This document shows, in pieces, positions 9,729 to 16,957 of a DNA stretch of 32,000 bases. Position numbers and translations under genes: made by a program. Numbering within the stretch: position 1 is the first letter of the stretch; the number at the start of each line of letters is the position of its first letter. The notes under the pieces were generated by a model. That model had not been told where the DNA came from. It did not search any database and saw only the letters and a program-made list of their open reading frames with translations. This stretch comes from Corynebacterium glutamicum ATCC 13032 (GTDB taxonomy: Bacteria > Actinomycetota > Actinomycetes > Mycobacteriales > Mycobacteriaceae): assembly GCF_000011325.1 (NCBI RefSeq), contig NC_003450.3, positions 330,001-362,000 on the forward strand, written 5' to 3'.

Positions 9729-10125
9729 GGGAAAATCCACCACAAATCGCTCTGATCAGTGGAAACGTGGTGGGTTTTTGCATTTTCCGCACTCAAAAAC
9801 GCAAGGATCCACCACAGATCTCAAGATACTTCAGGGATGTGGTGGATCCTTGCCCTGGAAGCTCACAGCTACCCCGAAGGGATTGATGGGGCGCGCTGAC
9901 GGGGAAAATTCGTCCCCGTCACGCGATAAAAGGCCGATTTTGGTCGAAAATTTGCGCTAATTCCGGGCTATTATGCAAAAACCCGTTCGATTTAGGGACT
10001 CCTGGGCGATTTGGGGCGAAAAGTTGATCAGCAAACCTGCTGCAAATCTGCAGGAATCACACCTGCAACACCAGCCCCAAAATGGACCCCCTCTAAAACC
10101 GTCTCTAAGCGCTCAAACGGTCCCG
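9729..10125 (+). repeat. Intergenic repeat element, copy A: two hairpins with GGATCCACCAC-type arms plus a ~225-bp conserved tail
   Basis: Hairpin 1 has arms 9732-9743 / 9767-9778. Hairpin 2 has perfect 15-bp arms 9802-9816 / 9838-9852. The tail 9901-10125 aligns colinearly with the reverse complement of 22392-22170. I counted 66/86 identical over the first ungapped block, which includes the 18-nt exact match tcgaaaatttgcgctaat. Further blocks are gaaaagttgatcagcaaacc vs gagaagttgatcagcaagcc, and ccccctctaaaaccgtctctaagc vs cccccgctaaaaccgcttctaagc, at matching spacings. Confidence 0.7.
9732..9779 (+). terminator. Possible intrinsic terminator after the epimerase gene (first hairpin of repeat copy A)
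   Basis: The arm aaaatccaccac pairs with gtggtgggtttt and is followed by a T-run at 9775-9779. It begins 4 nt after the stop at 9728. The 23-nt loop is unusually large for a terminator. Confidence 0.4.
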
Positions 10126-10191
10126 ACCTATACAAACACTCATTCGATACAATTCAAGCCCTTAAATTGCCTCCAGAGGCCAAGCGCTTTC

Positions 10192-10569
10192 CTAAGCGGG
10201 GTCAGAACCCTGGGAATCCTCCGGCAGCACCACATTTTGCAAAGCGACAGCGCGGGCCAGCTTGGAATAACGCAGCTCTTGTTCACGGAAACGCACATAA
10301 CTGGACAGCGTGGTGAACATAAATGCCACAACCAGGGCGTAAAGCATTAGGTCGGTGCCGCGGTCCACGCCCACAAAGTTGGCTAGTTGGGTGAGGTCAT
10401 CGGGGCGGAGCACTGCCCATACTGCGGCGAAAATGAATACTACGAAGCCGATTTTCACCCATGCTTTGGCGCGGGCTTTGCGGCGGTTTCGGAGGAAATA
10501 TAGTGCCAGTGCTGCGGTTGCCAGGAGAAGCAGTATCTGGATGATGATTTGGGTGGTGGTCTGCGTCAT
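10192..10569 (-). CDS. DUF2304-type small membrane protein (partner of the upstream GT2)
   Basis: 125 aa with three or four TM segments. The central GVDRGTDLMLY motif is typical of DUF2304. The start ATG overlaps the GT2 stop (ATGA, 10566-10569). Confidence 0.7.
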   Translation of the reverse strand: MTQTTTQIIIQILLLLATAALALYFLRNRRKARAKAWVKIGFVVFIFAAVWAVLRPDDLTQLANFVGVDRGTDLMLYALVVAFMFTTLSSYVRFREQELRYSKLARAVALQNVVLPEDSQGSDPA

Positions 10570-11276
10570 GGGAGTCTCCTCGCTAGGAAGCCGTCGGCCA
10601 GGATGTTTACGCCGTTGAGCAGGGATTGCCCCTTGCTCATGGAGTATTCGGTGTAGAGGATGTCTACGGGTTCTTCTGAAATGCGCCAGCCGCGTTCATC
10701 GATTTGGTCGACGATTTCGGATGCATGCGACATGCCGTTCATGCGGATGTTCATTTCCTGCGCCACTTTTTGGTTGAATACGCGCAGGCCGTTGTGGGCG
10801 TCGGTGAGCCCAAGTCGGCGGGTTTTCGGTGACAGCAGGACCACGGTGCGCAGCACAAGGCGCTTGATTAGTGGCACCTGGTCATCGGCTTGGCGTGGGC
10901 GTCCAAAACGCGTGCCGACGATAATGTCCACGTCCTCGGCACGCAGTCGCTCCACCATGCGGATAACGTCTTTCACTTGGTGTTGGCCGTCGGCGTCGAA
11001 AGTTACAAAGTATTTTGCACCGGGTTGCTTGCGGGCGTATTCGATGCCGGTTTGGATCGCGGCACCTTGTCCGAGGTTCACGGGGTGGTTGACCAGGTGT
11101 GCGCCGGCCGCATGGATTTCTTCCGCGGAGTTGTCCGGGGAGCCATCGTTGACCGCAACAATATTAGGGAATGTTTTGAGTGCGTTCTCTAAAACTTCCC
11201 GGATAACTGTTGCCTCGTTATAACAAGGTACGACTAGCCAGGTGTCTTTAAAGTCGCTGTTTTTTGATGCATCCAT
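10566..11276 (-). CDS. GT2 polyprenol-phosphate glycosyltransferase (PpgS/GtrB/DPM1-like)
   Basis: WLVVPCYNEA, VNDGSPDNS and FDADGQH (DxD) motifs. The ORF track runs to 11402, but the first 42 codons lack family signal. ATG at 11276 (MDASKNSDFKDTWLVVPCYNE) is the plausible start. Confidence 0.8.
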   Translation of the reverse strand: MDASKNSDFKDTWLVVPCYNEATVIREVLENALKTFPNIVAVNDGSPDNSAEEIHAAGAHLVNHPVNLGQGAAIQTGIEYARKQPGAKYFVTFDADGQHQVKDVIRMVERLRAEDVDIIVGTRFGRPRQADDQVPLIKRLVLRTVVLLSPKTRRLGLTDAHNGLRVFNQKVAQEMNIRMNGMSHASEIVDQIDERGWRISEEPVDILYTEYSMSKGQSLLNGVNILADGFLARRLP

Positions 11277-11355
11277 GATAGGAATAGAGCCTAGTGCATG
11301 ATGGCTGATTTTCCTGTTAGGTGCCACCGACCCCAGTGATGATAACTTGATTGTC

Positions 11356-12378
11356 ATGAAATCCATTGATCTTGAGCAGCTGGCGGGCACGCAATCGCGC
11401 ACGTATCAATCGCGAAAGATCACCGATGAGATGGTCGCCCGGCCGGTGCATGTGGCGATCGCGTTGTGGGAAGTGCCGTGGGAGTCGGCAAAATCCGGCA
11501 AGATTGAGGGTTGGGTCATTGCCGTGGATTCGCCGCGTGGGCGGTTTGTGCGCAGCGGGCAGACCAAAAATGGCGACGCCGTCAACCGGACTGTGTCGAT
11601 GCTGAAATCAGCGTTGAAAGGGGTCCGCGGGAAGGCGTGGATTGTAACTGGGCGTCGACAAGCAGCTTTACGCGCAGCCCTGGTGCGCGAAAACTACCTG
11701 GTCACCGGAAGCTTCGCCGAGCAAAATAGGGCCGGCGTGAAGGCGTCGGCGATCTCGCGCCGCGCCGAACAATCCGCGCTCTACAAGGCGAAAAAAATCG
11801 GCGAATTCGCCGAGCGCGCCCCACGCGTCAAAGAGCGGCAAGAGGCACATTGGTGGCCACGGTTGTCACGCACGCAAGGCACCGCAGGCGTTTTACGCTT
11901 AGCGACGGACGCCTCTACCGATGGGGTCTTCCGCGGCGCCATGTGCTTCGTAGCCTCAAACGGCGACTACCTCCTGGAGACCCAAGACACCACCGCAAGC
12001 TCCGACGAATTAGAACTCGAAAGCATCACCCACGCCCTGATCTACCTCAAAACCATCGGCGCGACCCAAGCCATCATCGAATCCGACAGCAAAGCCGCAC
12101 TTGAAGCCATCGACTTCATCCTCAACAACCGACCGCGCCGGGGCAGGTGGCGCGGCATCACCGCATGCGCCCGCAACCGGTTCCGGGATGCCTGGGAAGC
12201 GCTTATCGACGACTGCGTTGTGGAATTATCCCGCGTACTAGGGCACGCCGGGGATCCACTGAACCAAGCAGCCGACCAAATCGCATACATGGGCATGCGC
12301 GCCGTAATTTTTGAACAAAAATCCGCACACCCCACATTGCTCAAAGGAATTGACAAGGCGCTTCGCAAGGCCGAGTAA
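11356..12378 (+). CDS. Two-part protein: unknown N-terminal half plus C-terminal RNase HI-like (DEDD) domain
   Basis: The C-terminal half carries, in RNase HI order, LATDAS (Asp), ELELESI (Glu), IESDSK (Asp) and GHAGDPLNQAADQIA (His/Asp). Alternative TTG start at 11347. I recognise nothing in residues 1-180. Confidence 0.65.
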   Translation: MKSIDLEQLAGTQSRTYQSRKITDEMVARPVHVAIALWEVPWESAKSGKIEGWVIAVDSPRGRFVRSGQTKNGDAVNRTVSMLKSALKGVRGKAWIVTGRRQAALRAALVRENYLVTGSFAEQNRAGVKASAISRRAEQSALYKAKKIGEFAERAPRVKERQEAHWWPRLSRTQGTAGVLRLATDASTDGVFRGAMCFVASNGDYLLETQDTTASSDELELESITHALIYLKTIGATQAIIESDSKAALEAIDFILNNRPRRGRWRGITACARNRFRDAWEALIDDCVVELSRVLGHAGDPLNQAADQIAYMGMRAVIFEQKSAHPTLLKGIDKALRKAE

Positions 12379-12416
12379 GGTGGGCAACGAGTCGGTGAGA
12401 GTATGAGGAATATTTG

Positions 12417-13454
12417 ATGAGCAACAAACGCATCGGTGTAGTGATCGTTTCCTACGGACACGAACAAGATGTTGCCAACCTGGTAGACACATTTGCAGAT
12501 CAGCTGAAAACTGGTGACCGCGTAGTTGTCGTGGACAACCGCAAACCTTGGGTGTTAAAAGACGCCGTGGGGGAGCGCCTGGAAAAACACGGCGCAGAGA
12601 TCATCAACCACGACAACGGTGGTTTCGCCGCTGGCTGCAACGTGGGCGCAGCGCACATCGTGGATGACGTTGACCTGCTGTTCTTCCTCAACCCCGACAC
12701 AGTGATCGACGATCCCACCCTGTTCAATTCGCTGAGACGCGTCGATGAACAGTGGGCAGCATTCATGCCGTACCTGCTGCTTCCTGACAGCACCATTAAC
12801 TCCGCAGGCAACGCCCTGCATATTTCCGGACTGTCGTGGGTGACTGGTCTGGATGAAAAACCAGTTGAAGGCTCATCTGAAGTTACCGATATTTCCATTG
12901 CCTCTGGCGCCTGCCTTGCCGTGCGCGTGGACTGGTGGAAACGCCTCGGTGGCATGGAAGAACTGTATTTCATGTACCACGAAGACACTGACTTCTCCGC
13001 CCGCTTGCTGCTGGCCGGCGGTCGAATTGGTCTCCTGCATTCCGCGTATGTCACCCACCATTACGACTACGCCAAGGGTGACTACAAGTGGATTTACATC
13101 GAACGAAACCGACACGTTTTGCTGCTCAGCGTGCTGCCGCTTCCATTGCTGTTCGTGCTGATCCCGCAGATCCTCGGTGTGAACCTGGGACTGTGGGCGA
13201 TTGCCGCAAAGGAAAAGAGGGTCGGACTCAAGGTGAAGTCCCTTCGCCTCCTGATCCGCGATCTACCAGCGATTTTCAAACTGCGTAGGAGCACGCAGGA
13301 GCTTGCCGAACTCACACCATCGCAATATCTGGCAAAAATGGAATGGCGCCTAGACAATCCCAACCTAGGCAACATTGGATCCAACAAGATTGTTGCGACT
13401 GGATATAAGACCTATTACAAGTTGTGTATGAGTATCCTGAAATTGCTCGCTTAA
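12417..13454 (+). CDS. GT2 glycosyltransferase with C-terminal membrane segment
   Basis: IGVVIVSYG, VVVDN, GGFAAGCNVGA and FFLNPD motifs, as in rhamnosyl/galactofuranosyl-type GT2 enzymes. Hydrophobic LLLSVLPLPLLFVLIPQILGVNLGLWAIA near the C-terminus. SD gaggaa sits 6 nt before ATG 12417. Confidence 0.8.
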   Translation: MSNKRIGVVIVSYGHEQDVANLVDTFADQLKTGDRVVVVDNRKPWVLKDAVGERLEKHGAEIINHDNGGFAAGCNVGAAHIVDDVDLLFFLNPDTVIDDPTLFNSLRRVDEQWAAFMPYLLLPDSTINSAGNALHISGLSWVTGLDEKPVEGSSEVTDISIASGACLAVRVDWWKRLGGMEELYFMYHEDTDFSARLLLAGGRIGLLHSAYVTHHYDYAKGDYKWIYIERNRHVLLLSVLPLPLLFVLIPQILGVNLGLWAIAAKEKRVGLKVKSLRLLIRDLPAIFKLRRSTQELAELTPSQYLAKMEWRLDNPNLGNIGSNKIVATGYKTYYKLCMSILKLLA

Positions 13455-13595
13455 CACCCCATAAAGAGGGTGAAGATTTAAGTTCAGGTGCGATCTGGGT
13501 GAACAGTACATAAATATCATCTTTCGCTAATGGAAAGCCCCAGCTCACCGAATTCTCCATTCGTTTTAATTGCTTCGTTAATTAAAACGCCATAT

Positions 13596-13622
13596 AAAAA
13601 CCGGCGCATTGCCGGTATTTTT
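13596..13622 (+). terminator. Terminator-like hairpin between the GT2 gene and ushA
   Basis: In aaaaaccggcgcattgccggtattttt, the 6-bp GC stem accggc/gccggt has a 5-nt loop, with an A-run before and a T-run after. It ends 14 nt before the ushA ATG. Confidence 0.5.
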
Positions 13623-13635
13623 CCAGGAGAATTTA

Positions 13636-15720
13636 ATGAAGAGGCTTTCCCGTGCAGCCCTCGCAGTGGTCGCCACCACCGCAGTTAGCTTCAGCGCACT
13701 CGCAGTTCCAGCTTTCGCAGACGAAGCAAGCAATGTTGAGCTCAACATCCTCGGTGTCACCGACTTCCACGGACACATCGAGCAGAAGGCTGTTAAAGAT
13801 GATAAGGGAGTAATCACCGGTTACTCAGAAATGGGTGCCAGTGGCGTTGCCTGCTACGTCGACGCTGAACGCGCGGACAACCCAAACACCCGCTTCATCA
13901 CCGTTGGTGACAACATTGGTGGATCCCCATTCGTGTCCTCCATCCTGAAGGATGAGCCAACCTTGCAAGCCCTCAGCGCCATCGGTGTTGACGCATCCGC
14001 ACTGGGCAATCACGAATTCGACCAGGGCTACTCAGACCTGGTGAACCGCGTTTCCCTCGACGGCTCCGGCAGCGCAAAGTTCCCATACCTCGGCGCAAAC
14101 GTTGAAGGTGGCACCCCAGCACCTGCAAAGTCTGAAATCATCGAGATGGACGGCGTCAAGATCGCTTACGTCGGCGCAGTAACCGAGGAGACCGCAACCT
14201 TGGTCTCCCCAGCAGGCATCGAAGGCATCACCTTCACCGGCGACATCGACGCTATCAACGCAGAAGCAGATCGCGTCATTGAGGCAGGCGAAGCAGACGT
14301 AGTCATCGCATTGATCCACGCTGAAGCCGCTCCAACCGATCTATTCTCCAACAACGTTGACGTTGTATTCTCCGGACACACCCACTTCGACTACGTTGCT
14401 GAAGGCGAAGCACGTGGCGACAAGCAGCCACTCGTTGTCATCCAGGGCCACGAATACGGCAAGGTCATCTCCGACGTGGAGATCTCCTACGACCGCGAAG
14501 CAGGCAAGATCACCAACATTGAGGCGAAGAATGTCTCTGCTACTGACGTTGTGGAAAACTGTGAGACTCCAAACACAGCAGTCGACGCAATCGTTGCAGC
14601 TGCTGTTGAGGCCGCTGAAGAAGCAGGTAATGAAGTTGTTGCAACCATTGACAACGGCTTCTACCGTGGGGCGGATGAAGAGGGTACGACCGGCTCCAAC
14701 CGTGGTGTTGAGTCTTCCCTGAGCAACCTCATCGCAGAAGCTGGACTGTGGGCAGTCAACGACGCGACCATCCTGAACGCTGACATCGGCATCATGAACG
14801 CAGGCGGCGTGCGTGCGGACCTCGAAGCAGGCGAAGTTACCTTCGCAGATGCATACGCAACCCAGAACTTCTCCAACACCTACGGCGTACGTGAAGTGTC
14901 TGGTGCGCAGTTCAAAGAAGCACTGGAACAGCAGTGGAAGGAAACCGGCGACCGCCCACGTCTGGCATTGGGACTGTCCAGCAACGTCCAGTACTCCTAC
15001 GACGAGACCCGCGAATACGGCGACCGCATCACCCACATCACCTTCAACGGTGAGCCAATGGATATGAAGGAGACCTACCGCGTCACAGGATCATCCTTCC
15101 TGCTCGCAGGTGGCGACTCCTTCACTGCATTCGCTGAAGGCGGCCCAATCGCTGAAACCGGCATGGTTGACATTGACCTGTTCAACAACTACATCGCAGC
15201 TCACCCAGATGCACCAATTCGTGCAAATCAGAGCTCAGTAGGCATCGCCCTTTCCGGCCCGGCAGTTGCAGAAGACGGAACTTTGGTCCCTGGTGAAGAG
15301 CTGACCGTCGATCTTTCTTCCCTCTCCTACACCGGACCTGAAGCTAAGCCAACCACCGTTGAGGTGACCGTTGGTACTGAGAAGAAGACTGCGGACGTCG
15401 ATAACACCATCGTTCCTCAGTTTGACAGCACCGGCAAGGCAACTGTCACCCTGACTGTTCCTGAGGGAGCTACCTCTGTCAAGATCGCAACTGACAATGG
15501 CACTACCTTTGAACTGCCAGTAACCGTAAACGGTGAAGGCAACAATGATGACGATGATGATAAGGAGCAGCAGTCCTCCGGATCCTCCGACGCCGGTTCC
15601 CTTGTAGCAGTTCTCGGTGTTCTTGGAGCACTCGGTGGCCTGGTGGCGTTCTTCCTGAACTCTGCGCAGGGCGCACCATTCTTGGCTCAGCTTCAGGCTA
15701 TGTTTGCGCAGTTCATGTAA
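13636..15720 (+). CDS. ushA: Secreted 5'-nucleotidase / UDP-sugar hydrolase with C-terminal hydrophobic anchor
   Basis: Signal peptide MKRLSRAALAVVATTAVSFSALAVPAFA. Calcineurin-type metallophosphatase motifs (DFHG, GDNIGGS, GNHEFD, SGHTH) plus a 5'-nucleotidase C-domain. SD aggaga sits 5 nt before ATG 13636, so the listed start 13609 is unlikely. The C-terminus has an NNDDDDDKEQQSSGSS linker followed by a TM helix. Confidence 0.9.
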   Translation: MKRLSRAALAVVATTAVSFSALAVPAFADEASNVELNILGVTDFHGHIEQKAVKDDKGVITGYSEMGASGVACYVDAERADNPNTRFITVGDNIGGSPFVSSILKDEPTLQALSAIGVDASALGNHEFDQGYSDLVNRVSLDGSGSAKFPYLGANVEGGTPAPAKSEIIEMDGVKIAYVGAVTEETATLVSPAGIEGITFTGDIDAINAEADRVIEAGEADVVIALIHAEAAPTDLFSNNVDVVFSGHTHFDYVAEGEARGDKQPLVVIQGHEYGKVISDVEISYDREAGKITNIEAKNVSATDVVENCETPNTAVDAIVAAAVEAAEEAGNEVVATIDNGFYRGADEEGTTGSNRGVESSLSNLIAEAGLWAVNDATILNADIGIMNAGGVRADLEAGEVTFADAYATQNFSNTYGVREVSGAQFKEALEQQWKETGDRPRLALGLSSNVQYSYDETREYGDRITHITFNGEPMDMKETYRVTGSSFLLAGGDSFTAFAEGGPIAETGMVDIDLFNNYIAAHPDAPIRANQSSVGIALSGPAVAEDGTLVPGEELTVDLSSLSYTGPEAKPTTVEVTVGTEKKTADVDNTIVPQFDSTGKATVTLTVPEGATSVKIATDNGTTFELPVTVNGEGNNDDDDDKEQQSSGSSDAGSLVAVLGVLGALGGLVAFFLNSAQGAPFLAQLQAMFAQFM

Positions 15721-15735
15721 TAACTTGTAGTAAAT

Positions 15736-15784
15736 AAATCGGGCCTTCCCAAAAGATTCTTTCTTGGGAAAGGCCCGATTTTGG
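15736..15784 (+). terminator. Rho-independent terminator of ushA
   Basis: 15-bp stem with one bulge (15738-15752 pairs with 15764-15779), 11-nt loop, then a T-run at 15779-15782. It lies 16 nt after the stop. Confidence 0.75.
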
Positions 15785-16106
15785 TATTTGAGGTCTTTTA
15801 GTGGAGTGTCTTAGACATTTGTCGCAACACTGACTAACTGGCGGTCGTATTTGTCAGTTGTCGCACTTTCAAGCATGACCCACGCAGCATCTTCATATGA
15901 GGTGTACATTCCGGTTTCTCGATTTACTCGAACAACACGATTCTCAAGCTTACTGCGTGCCCCTTGAGCATCCATAAGGGAAGTGACGGGAAACTGTCTT
16001 TAAGCCCTGAACGTAAGAGATCAACGATGCTAGTGGACAGTCTTTAGATGCCTTTCATCGCATAGATTATTAAAATGCAATTACCAGCCAGATTTGGTTG
16101 ATGAAG

Positions 16107-16460
16107 TCACTGTTGTTCGGGGAATATTTCAGCGATAAGTCTCTGTTGTTCTTCTTGTTGTTTTTGTAAGGCTTTCCAAGCGGTACTATTTTGGGCTGTT
16201 TTAATGTCCGCAGTGAGACGGTTGGATTTGTCTACTATTTTCATGAATTCTTTAAATTTTATACCTCCTGCAATGAAAGCTGCGACTACAAGTATGAGTC
16301 CAAGCACAGCTCGTGTGCCGTCGTCAAAGATAAAGCTGATTGCGTAGGCTAGTAGGGCGACTGCGATGATGTAAATTCCCAGTATGAGAGCTATTTTCTT
16401 GCGCACTACTTTTCGGTCTTGCATCAAGCTGTAAATGTGGGGATCGATGGGGGTTTCCAT
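16107..16460 (-). CDS. Small two-TM membrane protein with Q/E-rich coiled-coil-like tail; function unknown
   Basis: Strong SD (aaggag) 5 nt upstream of ATG 16460. Two clear TM helices (IALILGIYIIAVALLAYAISFIF and VLGLILVVAAFIAGGI), then KALQKQQEEQQRLIAEIF. It sits in an AT-rich islet. Confidence 0.6.
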   Translation of the reverse strand: METPIDPHIYSLMQDRKVVRKKIALILGIYIIAVALLAYAISFIFDDGTRAVLGLILVVAAFIAGGIKFKEFMKIVDKSNRLTADIKTAQNSTAWKALQKQQEEQQRLIAEIFPEQQ

Positions 16461-16601
16461 GATGGCTCCTTGGAGGATTGGTTTCCTTGTTTATTGCTTT
16501 ATGTATTTGCTGCCGTCTCGTGGGTTGTGAAAGTTCAAATATCGATTGAGCACGCGGTCCCATGTGACAATTTTCTGTTTCTGGATTGGTATATGCAATC
16601 G

Positions 16602-16752
16602 GGGGTCATCCCCACTTGCGCGGGGAGGATCCTTGGCTGAAAGCTGGCCGACCCATTCAAAAGGGACCATCCCCACCTGGGTGGGGAGAACGCGTCCCCG
16701 ACGTTTTTAACAAGCTTGTTGACGGGATCATCCCCACCTGGGTGGGGAGAAT
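16602..16752 (-). CRISPR. Orphan type I-E-like mini CRISPR array: 3 repeats of 29 bp, 2 spacers of 32 bp
   Basis: Repeats at 16602-16630, 16663-16691 and 16724-16752 with an exact 61-bp period. The minus-strand repeat GTTCTCCCCACCCAGGTGGGGATGGTCCC has the I-E layout (CCCC-stem-GGGGAT plus handle). Identity is 27/29 between the two right-hand repeats and 24/29 for the left one. The spacers are unrelated to each other. An AT-rich leader-like stretch lies at 16753-16870. Confidence 0.75.
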
Positions 16753-16871
16753 GCTAATTAACCAGCAGAAATGTTGAATCCAAAGGCTATTTTACATCAC
16801 TTAGATTTTGAATCAGAGTGGTACTAATTTCTGAGAAATATAAATGGTTCCAAATTCTTGTATTGAATAAT

Positions 16872-16912
16872 TGAAACCCAAAAGCGGTGCCGGAGGAACC
16901 GACACCGCTTAA
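16872..16912 (-). terminator. Intrinsic terminator of adhC
   Basis: On the minus strand, stem aagcggtg/caccgctt (16882-16889 and 16903-16910) is followed by ttgggttt. It lies about 45 nt after the adhC stop. Confidence 0.55.
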
Positions 16913-16957
16913 AAGTAACTCTCCAAAGCCAGGGATAAAGTCTGAACTTCAGTAAAC

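Noticed and set aside
9973-10350. ORFs inside the long intergenic repeat regions (9691-9960, 9973-10350, 10011-10316 plus; 22289-22477 minus; 2264-2593 and 2556-2813)
   Set aside because: The two homologous repeat copies do not preserve a common reading frame. For example, the TAA at 9958-9960 falls in a different frame from the equivalent bases in copy B. There are no SD sequences and the composition is not protein-like. The conservation is at the nucleotide level.
10590-10600. Self-targeting by the CRISPR spacers: a 9-nt match of spacer 1 (ctggccgac) to gtcggccag near 10596, and an 8-nt match of spacer 2 (cgtccccg) to the repeat elements at 9910 and 22300
   Set aside because: Matches of 8-9 nt are expected by chance many times in 64 kb of two-strand sequence. 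No extended complementarity or PAM-context argument can be made.
11277-11402. N-terminal extensions of the GT2 gene (to 11402) and of the prolyl oligopeptidase gene (29241-29354)
   Set aside because: The extensions lack family signal and would overlap the divergent neighbour or its promoter region. Internal ATGs give N-termini typical of each family.
15811-15975. 54-codon minus-strand ORF (MDAQGARSKLENRVVRVNRETGMYTSYEDAAWVMLESATTDKYDRQLVSVATNV) downstream of the small membrane protein gene
   Set aside because: It has no SD sequence and no recognisable motif, and it is closed by a stop 8 codons upstream of the ATG. I cannot distinguish it from a chance ORF or gene remnant, so it is mentioned only as context for the AT-rich islet.
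16541-16569. Possible fourth, degenerate CRISPR repeat one period (61 bp) left of the array, or one period to the right at about 16785
   Set aside because: The sequences at those positions (atcgattgagcacgcggtcccatgtgaca on the left, ggctattttacatcac... on the right) show no convincing match to the 29-bp repeat.
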